From assembly GCA_963665235.2 (NCBI GenBank), contig CAXXLX010000001.1:1344001-1408000 (forward strand): a stretch of 64,000 bases of DNA. The letters run 5' to 3'. This document shows positions 27,875-35,794 of the stretch, one piece after another. Numbering within the stretch: position 1 is the first letter of the stretch; the number at the start of each line of letters is the position of its first letter. The notes beneath the pieces are model-generated. The model saw only the letters and a program-made list of their open reading frames with translations, searched no databases and was not told where the DNA came from. The position numbers and the translations under genes were made by a program. The DNA is from Candidatus Poribacteria bacterium (GTDB lineage Bacteria > Poribacteria > WGA-4E > WGA-3G).

Positions 27875-28738
27875 ATGAAAATGATAAAAGCCACTCTCAA
27901 GCTAGCACTGATTCTCTATATCTGCGCGGCACTCAGTGGCGTTTACGTGTTATCCGCATCCGCGAGAATCACACCCCACGATGGCGATGAAAGCACTACG
28001 CTCATCACCATCGAAAAGGGCGATACCCTCTGGCATCTCTGCCAAGAACATTTGAAAGATCCGCTCCGATGGCGTGAATTGAGCAAATACAACGACTTCA
28101 CGAATCCACACCTCATCTATCCAGGCGAAAAACTCCGTATCCCCATCGCTATGATGAAAGAGATGGAAGATGAACTTGGAAAAGAAAATGAGGAACTTCA
28201 GTCACAACTTGACGAAGCAGTCGCCAAGTCAAAACAACTTGAAGCGAAAGTCGCAGCTGCCGAAAAAGACGCTAAAGGCCTTCAAGCTCAACTTGATAAA
28301 GCCGCAGCACAACTTAAGGCTCTTGAGGCCGCATTGAAATCACAAGAAGCACTCACACAAGCAGTGACCAAATCTGTGGACAACGTGAATGATAGCCTCA
28401 AAAAAGAACTGGCCGCAGCCCATGAAGCACTTCAGAAAAAAATGAACCAAGCCAACCGACGCGTCAACGCATTAGAAAAGATGCTCACTGAACAGAATGC
28501 TGCTCTGGAAGAATCGCAGAAAAAACTGATGGCGGTTCATCAAAGTACTGAAGCACTTTTAAAACAGATTGAAGCGAACCAGCAAGGCATCGCAGAAATC
28601 AAAAGACTAATCGAAGACGCAAAAGGGTTCCACGAGAAACCCTCCCCCGGGAAACGGGCACTTGTGTTCGTTACCACAGTTGCAGCGGGTATCGGATGGT
28701 TTGCAATCAAGGCTATCGGCGGAAGAAGTAGTGACTAG
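27875..28738 (+). CDS. LysM peptidoglycan-binding protein with coiled coil and C-terminal TM anchor
   Basis: IEKGDTLWHL...NPHLIYPGEKLRIP; heptad coil; terminal hydrophobic helix. Confidence 0.85.
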   Translation: MKMIKATLKLALILYICAALSGVYVLSASARITPHDGDESTTLITIEKGDTLWHLCQEHLKDPLRWRELSKYNDFTNPHLIYPGEKLRIPIAMMKEMEDELGKENEELQSQLDEAVAKSKQLEAKVAAAEKDAKGLQAQLDKAAAQLKALEAALKSQEALTQAVTKSVDNVNDSLKKELAAAHEALQKKMNQANRRVNALEKMLTEQNAALEESQKKLMAVHQSTEALLKQIEANQQGIAEIKRLIEDAKGFHEKPSPGKRALVFVTTVAAGIGWFAIKAIGGRSSD

Positions 28739-28831
28739 CAGCAACCTAGCCGCTAATACCGATTTACAAAAAAGCAGGGAGGGTGTTTGTATGCCTTCTC
28801 TGCTTTTTTCTTATTAAGTAGAGATACGCCT

Positions 28832-29698
28832 ATGAAAGCAATCTTTAACCGCCGAACCCATTCAACACAGCACAGCATTATCGCAGCTGTCCTTACTCTC
28901 ATGTTAACCTTTGGTACGGGGTGTGCCTTTAGCCTCAGCACCCTAGGAAGTGCTGGAAATGCTGCCGTTGAGACGTTGCGTGACATCAACATCTTCACCG
29001 ATGCTGAGGAGGTACAATTCGGTCTAGCATACGTTGCGGAGCATGAGAAGGAGATAAGACTTTACCATGACCCTGTTGTGAACAACTATATCAACGGGCT
29101 TGGTCAGTCGCTCGTTCGGCACAGCAAACGTAATAATATCCGCTACACGTTTAAGGTTGTTGATACAAAAGGAGCTAACGCCTATGCTATACCGGGAGGG
29201 TTCATTTACATTCACCTCGATCTCATCCGAATAGCGAAAACAGAATCGGAGTTAGCGGCTGTTATCGGACACGAAATTGGGCACATTGTTGGGCAACATT
29301 CTATGAAACAGCTCACACAAGTTTACAGTCTTGAGCTTGTAAAGCAGCTTATCTTAGATGAAGACTCAGGCGCGCTGAAAAAGATAATTGCGGATATCCT
29401 CGCTGCAGGGCTTCTCTTCAGATACAGTCGCGATTATGAGCGGGAAGCGGATAGATACGGGGTGCAAAACATCTATGATGCAGGTATAGCCCCTGAGGGA
29501 GCAGCAAAATTCTTTGAAACTTTGCGGGCACAACAGAGACGAAACCCGACTACCCTGGAAAAATTGCTTTCAACGCATCCAGTTCATAGCGAGCGCATCG
29601 CAAATGTTAATTCGCAGATTAGGAGTTTACCCTTTAAGCCTGGACTTCGCACAGACTCCACCGCTTTCCGGCAGGTGAAGCGACGGCTAGGCCAATAG
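28832..29698 (+). CDS. M48 family (BepA/YfgC-like) metallopeptidase, probable lipoprotein
   Basis: NAYAIPGG, HEIGH, YSRDYEREAD, LSTHP. Confidence 0.9.
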   Translation: MKAIFNRRTHSTQHSIIAAVLTLMLTFGTGCAFSLSTLGSAGNAAVETLRDINIFTDAEEVQFGLAYVAEHEKEIRLYHDPVVNNYINGLGQSLVRHSKRNNIRYTFKVVDTKGANAYAIPGGFIYIHLDLIRIAKTESELAAVIGHEIGHIVGQHSMKQLTQVYSLELVKQLILDEDSGALKKIIADILAAGLLFRYSRDYEREADRYGVQNIYDAGIAPEGAAKFFETLRAQQRRNPTTLEKLLSTHPVHSERIANVNSQIRSLPFKPGLRTDSTAFRQVKRRLGQ

Positions 29699-29956
29699 TG
29701 ACGAGAATATGTTTAACATCGCTCTGATGGGCAATGTTTACACACTTTTGCGGTTCTGTGGTTGTAATTTACTTGACAATTTTTGACAAAAATTGTATCA
29801 TGTGCGTTAATATTAGAAAATGGACAGCACCAGAGCTAAATGGTTTATTCGCCAAATATTTATGATATATAAAACTCAGGTAATAGCACCAAAAATCCTT
29901 CCCCCCCGCCTGCTGGGGGGTTAGGGGGGGTATTTAGCGCGTTTAAAAGTTAAAAC

Positions 29957-30568
29957 ATGGTATCAAATACTTCAACAGATGTCCTGCTTCTCTCGAACAA
30001 GGCAATCCAGCTCTACGGAGATAGAGCCGGTAGACGGGGCAACTTCAAATTCGCAGGGCTCGCTGAGCTCCAATCGGCAAAAGTCGTTTTACTACAAGGC
30101 GACGTTGAGAGTCTTTATCAACCCGCCGATTGGCGGCGCTGCTTGCGTCTCGTAACCCTTGCAGACCGACTCAAAAAACCGCTAGTGTTCTGGAACCTGC
30201 CGCTTGTACGTATCGCTACGACGCAGCATCCAACTTCATTAGCATTGGGCACAGCAATTCAGAAAGCCGAAGTGCAATTATTAAAGTTTCCGCACCCTAT
30301 TCTCACTGTTTTCGATCAGGAGTACGAATTGCAGAACGCCATACAGGAATTGGGATGGGGAGACGGAACCGTTCTCGTCAAACCGCCTGAAGTAGACCTA
30401 CCCGAATTGCCGGATGTTCAGCAGTCCAACGTGAAAATTGTTTATCGCCAAGCAGACGTTCCAGCACAAATTGTGGAACTTTTACAAGACCTGTCCGAGA
30501 TTCCGGGCACGGAATTAGTTGCGAACCGGTTAGAATCGCTGCGCTTGCTCACAGAGAGGGACCGTTAG
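29957..30568 (+). CDS. Degenerate AccA-like (carboxyltransferase alpha) protein
   Basis: 'QLYGDR', 'PADWRRCLRLVTLADRLKKPLV', 'ELVANRLESLR' follow the AccA scaffold; DTPGA and GEGGSGGA motifs absent. Confidence 0.55.
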   Translation: MVSNTSTDVLLLSNKAIQLYGDRAGRRGNFKFAGLAELQSAKVVLLQGDVESLYQPADWRRCLRLVTLADRLKKPLVFWNLPLVRIATTQHPTSLALGTAIQKAEVQLLKFPHPILTVFDQEYELQNAIQELGWGDGTVLVKPPEVDLPELPDVQQSNVKIVYRQADVPAQIVELLQDLSEIPGTELVANRLESLRLLTERDR

Positions 30569-30610
30569 CCTGAGGCAAGTCCAATCCATCTGGTAGGGAG
30601 TACCGCCCGC

Positions 30611-31234
30611 ATGTTTGAAGTTAAATTAAGACCCCGTCTTGAGGCGATGCTTGCTGTTGTCGCCAAAAAAATGGTTGCTATAGGAATCACCGCAAATATG
30701 GTGACGTTTTCCGGATTGCTCGTTAACCTCGTTGCAACCTTCTGTTTAGCAAGAGGATATTTGGTTGCAGGCGGTATTCTCTTACTGTTTGGGGGGAGTT
30801 TTGATATGATAGATGGAGCTGTGGCACGGGCCCAATCCACTCGTCATCCCTCCGGGGCACTCCTGGACTCCGTAATTGACCGCTATTCGGAGGGGTTTCT
30901 CTTTCTTGGTGCCCTCATCTATTTCTACAGCTTGGAAAATCTGCTGGGCATAATTTTTGCGTTTGGGGCGTGGTTCGGTTCAATCCTCGTCAGTTATGTG
31001 AGAGCAAGAGCCGAAGGATTACAAGCAACTTGTAAGGTAGGGCTCATGCAGCGTCCGGAGCGTATTGTCCTCTTCGGTTTTGGCGTTCTGCTCCAAGGCG
31101 CGCTTTCACCCTTTATCCCCAGGCTCAGCACCGACGGCTTAATCCTGCTCTGTGCACTCGGCATCTTGACGCTTTTCTCACATATCACCGCTATCCATCG
31201 GCTGATTTTCTCCTACCGCGAATTGGAACGTTAA
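30611..31234 (+). CDS. CDP-alcohol phosphatidyltransferase (PgsA/PIP-synthase-like)
   Basis: D..DG.VAR....G.LLDS..DRYSE; SYVRARAE; RPERI. Confidence 0.9.
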   Translation: MFEVKLRPRLEAMLAVVAKKMVAIGITANMVTFSGLLVNLVATFCLARGYLVAGGILLLFGGSFDMIDGAVARAQSTRHPSGALLDSVIDRYSEGFLFLGALIYFYSLENLLGIIFAFGAWFGSILVSYVRARAEGLQATCKVGLMQRPERIVLFGFGVLLQGALSPFIPRLSTDGLILLCALGILTLFSHITAIHRLIFSYRELER

Positions 31235-32073
31235 GGCGTAAGGTTGAGAAGGGATTTAATATCCCAACCAAGCGGTTTCAAAGCCAGATCAGCGGCGTAA
31301 ACCGTGACAGTGATAACCAGCACGACTTTAATCCATTTTTCGCCTGCGTTGACTGCCCAATGGCTGCCAATCCAAGCACCCGTAGCGTTCCCAAACGCCA
31401 ATGTTATTCCTAACACCCAATTGACCTGTCCTTGACTGACGAAAATACCGAGGGCAATAATGGTATAGAAGAAAATAATAAAGACCTTTAATGCGTTAGT
31501 AATAATCAGGTCATCCCCATCAATAATTCGCAACGCGGCGATAATCAACAAACCAACGCCTGCCTGAATAAACCCGCCATAAATTCCGACAAAAAAGAGC
31601 ACCACGCTTGTGATAATTCTGTGGTGTGTATCGCTGGGGTTAATTTTATCGTGCAGCCATTCTGTCGGGTTGAAAAGGGTTAAAAGGAGCATCCCGATCA
31701 TTACAACTGCCAGAATGGGTTCAAAAACATTATCCTCTGTCTGGGTAGCAATGTAAGCACCAATAGCTGCGCCAATAGCTGCGGGTATCGTGAGTGCGAT
31801 TGCGTATCGAAAATTTGAAACGCCTTTTCGGCGAAATCCAAAAATCGCGCTAAAGGTTTGCAAAAGAATCGCCACCCGATTTGTACCGTTCGCTAGGGGC
31901 GTTACGTTTGTTTTTATGCCAGTGGCAAAAGGTAAAAGAAATATGAGTGTGGGCAGCGTCAACAGTGACCCGCCACAAGCGAGTGTATTTAGAAAACCAG
32001 CAAACATCCCGACTCCTAGCAGCAGCGGAATAAATAAAAAATTAAATTCTGGCCCAAATAGTGCTTCAAACAT
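31231..32073 (-). CDS. TauE/SafE family sulfite exporter
   Basis: AGFLNTLA.GGSLLTLP, ANGTNR, GIYGGFIQAGVG. Confidence 0.88.
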   Translation of the reverse strand: MFEALFGPEFNFLFIPLLLGVGMFAGFLNTLACGGSLLTLPTLIFLLPFATGIKTNVTPLANGTNRVAILLQTFSAIFGFRRKGVSNFRYAIALTIPAAIGAAIGAYIATQTEDNVFEPILAVVMIGMLLLTLFNPTEWLHDKINPSDTHHRIITSVVLFFVGIYGGFIQAGVGLLIIAALRIIDGDDLIITNALKVFIIFFYTIIALGIFVSQGQVNWVLGITLAFGNATGAWIGSHWAVNAGEKWIKVVLVITVTVYAADLALKPLGWDIKSLLNLTP

Positions 32074-32081
32074 CTGAATTT

Positions 32082-32372
32082 TTATTTCCTTTCAATAGTT
32101 TGGGATGCGTGCCGGGCAGTTCGCCGATATTTTGCAACCCTGATTAAGAAAAAGGCAACAAAATTGCCTAATACAACTGCACTGCCGACCCCTGTAAGCA
32201 CCAGAAATCCGCCAATCTGAAGGATACCGTTTCCGAAGGGGCAGTGCCACCCTTGAATGAGCATCGCAAGGCCGGGAATCAGCACGCCGAGGACAAATCC
32301 TACGCAAGCAGCAACACCAGCAATATTCTGATATTTCTTCAATGCTGGCAATGGAACTTTAAGCATATCCAT
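32082..32372 (-). CDS. Small two-TM hypothetical protein
   Basis: Co-oriented operon member with RBS. Confidence 0.6.
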   Translation of the reverse strand: MDMLKVPLPALKKYQNIAGVAACVGFVLGVLIPGLAMLIQGWHCPFGNGILQIGGFLVLTGVGSAVVLGNFVAFFLIRVAKYRRTARHASQTIERK

Positions 32373-32387
32373 CCTCTCTACATTTGG

Positions 32388-33401
32388 CTATGCAAGCCCG
32401 AGATATGTATCCCTACCTTGCACAAGTGCCTCTATTTTCCGGTCTACGACAGAACGTTTAAGCATCCAAAAGCCGCAGTCCGGGTGTACCCAGCCGATTC
32501 GCCCGGAGCCGACCATTTTTTCTGCTTTTTCGATGCTCGCTGCGACATCATCGCGGGTTTCAATCCGGTTGACCTTCACATCAATAACGCCGATGCCAAG
32601 AACGATATCCGATGTAACCGCCTTGAGTGCCGCCAAATCGGTTTCGGGTCGATGTTTCAGTTCCAGAACGAGATGGTCGCATCGGAGTGCATTCAAAAAA
32701 TCGATGAGTGCTGTCCAACTCCCTTTTTGGATAACCTGTCCACCGTAGTTGCCGAAGCAGAAATGAACAGCTTTCTGTCCCTGAAACGCGTCAAGGACAA
32801 TGTTAATCGCCTTAGCAGCAAGCGGTGCGTCCTCAGGATTGCCGGGTATATTCGCTTCGTCAACCTGAAGACAGGCACAATCAAGTTCAGCCGCCTGTGC
32901 GGCTAACACCTCTGCTAAAGCGATGAGCAACGTTTCAAAGTCGCCGTAATGTTTATCAAGCAACGTGCGTGCAAGCATATACGGGCTAGTCACTGTAAAT
33001 TTAATGTTCCTACCAGCGGTGTTAGTAGCGCGCGTGCAATCGGCAACGAGGTTTAGTACACCTTCACCTAAGGGGCCCTCAACGACCCCCGCTGGTTTTG
33101 CCCGAAACGCCATTGTCTGCATTTGCCGGAACTCGTACCACTCCTGCCGTCCCACTTCTGCTCTCACGCCTGAAAGCGGCCTGATAAAATAGTCGATCAT
33201 TCCGTTCGTATCCGGATGATTCACATCAAAGCGATACAGTTCACCATCTGTCGGCAGTTCAATGCCATGTTGCCGCTGAATATCTACCACAACGCGTGTA
33301 GCATCAATCAGTGCCTGTTCTGTAGGCATCGCTAAAAGCCACGCCGGTGCTGGATAAGACCCAACAGTTGTGGTTAAAATTTCTGGTTTTGTAGTATTCA
33401 C
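32388..33401 (-). CDS. Cobalamin-independent methionine synthase II family (single-domain MetE core)
   Basis: TTTVGSYP, TDGE, QVDE, HFCFGN, HPDCG. Confidence 0.85.
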   Translation of the reverse strand: MNTTKPEILTTTVGSYPAPAWLLAMPTEQALIDATRVVVDIQRQHGIELPTDGELYRFDVNHPDTNGMIDYFIRPLSGVRAEVGRQEWYEFRQMQTMAFRAKPAGVVEGPLGEGVLNLVADCTRATNTAGRNIKFTVTSPYMLARTLLDKHYGDFETLLIALAEVLAAQAAELDCACLQVDEANIPGNPEDAPLAAKAINIVLDAFQGQKAVHFCFGNYGGQVIQKGSWTALIDFLNALRCDHLVLELKHRPETDLAALKAVTSDIVLGIGVIDVKVNRIETRDDVAASIEKAEKMVGSGRIGWVHPDCGFWMLKRSVVDRKIEALVQGRDTYLGLA

Positions 33402-33443
33402 CGAAGTGCCGCCTTTTCTAATCTGCCTACAAGCCGGGTGTCC

Positions 33444-34520
33444 TTAATTGCCTATAAGTTCAAAAGATTCAAGTTCAAAAACGGTTTCAACTGTCACATC
33501 GTTACGCGTCTGTGATTGCGTAAATTTGATGATACCGACATTCGGGGCAACCCACTTTTTCACGATAGTTGTATCAAGTGAAAAATCCATGCCGCCTCCA
33601 ACGTCGAACCCCCACCAGAATGACTCCTGAACCACGAAAACGTTCTCGAAAGTGCCAGCCGGCACGGTGACTGTCTCTTCAGCGAGCACCTCAAATTCGT
33701 CAATGCCCCAGCCGAGCGGAAAATTTTCAGGCGGCAGTTGCGCTTCAAAGTGAGTTGTCCATTTCGCACCTGTAATCAGTGGGAATTGGTACAAAGAGAG
33801 AAACGGTTTGAACAGCAGCGTGTCCTCCGTGCCGGAAGTCATATTTTGCGCGTGCTGAATAATGCCTATAACCTCTCCTTCTTCATTAAAATCCTTACCG
33901 AGGTAAGAGTAATTCACCACGTTCTCCAACCCTACCGCTGTGCTGGATTTCTGTAGGACAAAGCTATCAACTGTTGTCCCACCTTCTAATTGGATTTGGA
34001 TAGTATCCACGATTTCAAACGTAACCCCCGTATCCTCTAAATTATTGTCGTGCGTGGGGCCAAACCTAAGCACCGTATCTTCTAAATCATTGTCGGGCGT
34101 AGGGTCTTTAGCACTGCGGTACCGCCAGATATTTCCGACCGCGAGCGGATAATAGTCGCCCGGCCGAATTCGCCAGACGTGAATATCAAGACTACGAGTT
34201 GTGACGTTTTCACCATCGCTCACCGTCACCCGAATGTGGTGCAGCTGCTCCTCTTCAGGGGCGGTCCAAAGGGCACCCGAATCCTGTTCCACTAGCGTGC
34301 CGCCGCTAGCCCCCCAAGTGAATGTCATGAGGTCATTCTCAAGGTCATAAACCTCCAATTGGATGGCTATCTGTCCCCCCGGCGGAACAATGTTGGATTC
34401 CGCTTCGAACACTGAAACCACGGGTGCCCGGTTCGTATCGTCCGCTGCGTCCCCGCAACCGATAGCTAGGGGTAGAAGCAGAAACCAAAAAAGATTGTAG
34501 AAATAACGGACCTTTTTCAT
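33444..34520 (-). CDS. Lipoprotein with Ig-like and beta-sheet (VTVPAGTF) domains
   Basis: Lipobox AIGC; YYPLAVGNIWRY; ETVTVPAGTF; WVAPNVGIIK. Confidence 0.7.
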   Translation of the reverse strand: MKKVRYFYNLFWFLLLPLAIGCGDAADDTNRAPVVSVFEAESNIVPPGGQIAIQLEVYDLENDLMTFTWGASGGTLVEQDSGALWTAPEEEQLHHIRVTVSDGENVTTRSLDIHVWRIRPGDYYPLAVGNIWRYRSAKDPTPDNDLEDTVLRFGPTHDNNLEDTGVTFEIVDTIQIQLEGGTTVDSFVLQKSSTAVGLENVVNYSYLGKDFNEEGEVIGIIQHAQNMTSGTEDTLLFKPFLSLYQFPLITGAKWTTHFEAQLPPENFPLGWGIDEFEVLAEETVTVPAGTFENVFVVQESFWWGFDVGGGMDFSLDTTIVKKWVAPNVGIIKFTQSQTRNDVTVETVFELESFELIGN

Positions 34521-35257
34521 GGTTCAAATCCTACACCCCGCAGCACCTCACGAGATTGAGAAGTACCGTTGCCTGTAACGTTATACGCAAACGTGTTCAT
34601 CAGCCGGTCATTTTCCGAATTGTTTGGCGCGGACCCGTGAATAATAAGGGCGTTGAAAAATACAGCGTCCCCCGGGGCCATTTCAACTGCGACCGCGTCG
34701 TCCCGTTCCTGATAGTGTCCCGGTAAAAATACGCCGAACGTTTGCTGTTTCCGTTCATGCTCCTGCAAACCCCAGTTATGGCTACCCGGAACAAATTGGA
34801 TACACCCGTTCTCTAGGTTTGCCTCACTGATGGCGAGTTGACAGTTGACCATGACCGGCTTGTTCTGGTCGTTTTTCCAATAAGCGTAATCCTGATGCCA
34901 TGGAATAGCAGTGCCATCGCCCCCTGCCTTCGGCAGCAATTTGCTGTGATAAAGCGCAATGTCCGGGCCCATCATCTGCTCAAGCACATCCAGCACGGCA
35001 TCCGAGCGAAGCAACTGATTGAGCGTAGGACTTACCAACTCGCTGTGCATAAGCTGCTTGATGCGTGGCGGATGGTCAGATGTATCATAGACCTCCCACG
35101 AAATTCCGATGCCCTGGGTAGGATTTTCTGCCATGCGGTTGTGTATATCTTCAATTTCAACCTGAATTTGCGCGACATCTGTTGACGAAACAAGGCTCTT
35201 TTTCAAGAGATAACCGTTCATTTCATAAAAATCTTTTTCTTCCGCTGTAATACCCAT
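34517..35257 (-). CDS. PhyH family dioxygenase
   Basis: WHQD, ENGC..FVPGSH, IHGS..N.S..R. Confidence 0.9.
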   Translation of the reverse strand: MGITAEEKDFYEMNGYLLKKSLVSSTDVAQIQVEIEDIHNRMAENPTQGIGISWEVYDTSDHPPRIKQLMHSELVSPTLNQLLRSDAVLDVLEQMMGPDIALYHSKLLPKAGGDGTAIPWHQDYAYWKNDQNKPVMVNCQLAISEANLENGCIQFVPGSHNWGLQEHERKQQTFGVFLPGHYQERDDAVAVEMAPGDAVFFNALIIHGSAPNNSENDRLMNTFAYNVTGNGTSQSREVLRGVGFEP

Positions 35258-35440
35258 CTGCTTTTCCCTTAATTCAGTAAGATTTATATTTTAAAGTATA
35301 TAATAAGTTTCGCAAAAAGTCAAGGTATTTTTTTGTAATTACCGTCACTAACTAAACGTTCACCGCTGGAAAAAGGTTTACTTTTTCGCTGAATGCTGCT
35401 ACAATATCAACATATTTTTTGAAACCGAACGGAGAATCCT

Positions 35441-35794
35441 ATGGATTACACACTCAAAAATTGCCAAAAAATAGTGGATGACTGGATTCATACCATCGGC
35501 ATCCGCTATTTTTCTGAATTAACCAATACCGCCATTCTCATGGAAGAGGTCGGCGAACTTGCAAGAATTATGGCACGTCAATACGGCGAACAGAGCTTTA
35601 AAGACACCGAGCATAATCTAGACCTTGGCGAAGAAATAGCTGATATCCTATTCGTCCTCCTCTGCATTGCAAATCAAACGGGGGTTGAACTTGAGGAAGC
35701 ATTCGAAAAATCCATGGAGAAAAAGACACACCGAGATAAGGAACGTCACAGCCAAAATCCGAAACTTCTAGAAAACCTTGGAGATAAACAGTAA
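35441..35794 (+). CDS. MazG-like nucleotide pyrophosphohydrolase (YpjD-like)
   Basis: EEVGELAR..ARQYGEQS...EEIAD..FVL.CIANQ. Confidence 0.9.
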   Translation: MDYTLKNCQKIVDDWIHTIGIRYFSELTNTAILMEEVGELARIMARQYGEQSFKDTEHNLDLGEEIADILFVLLCIANQTGVELEEAFEKSMEKKTHRDKERHSQNPKLLENLGDKQ

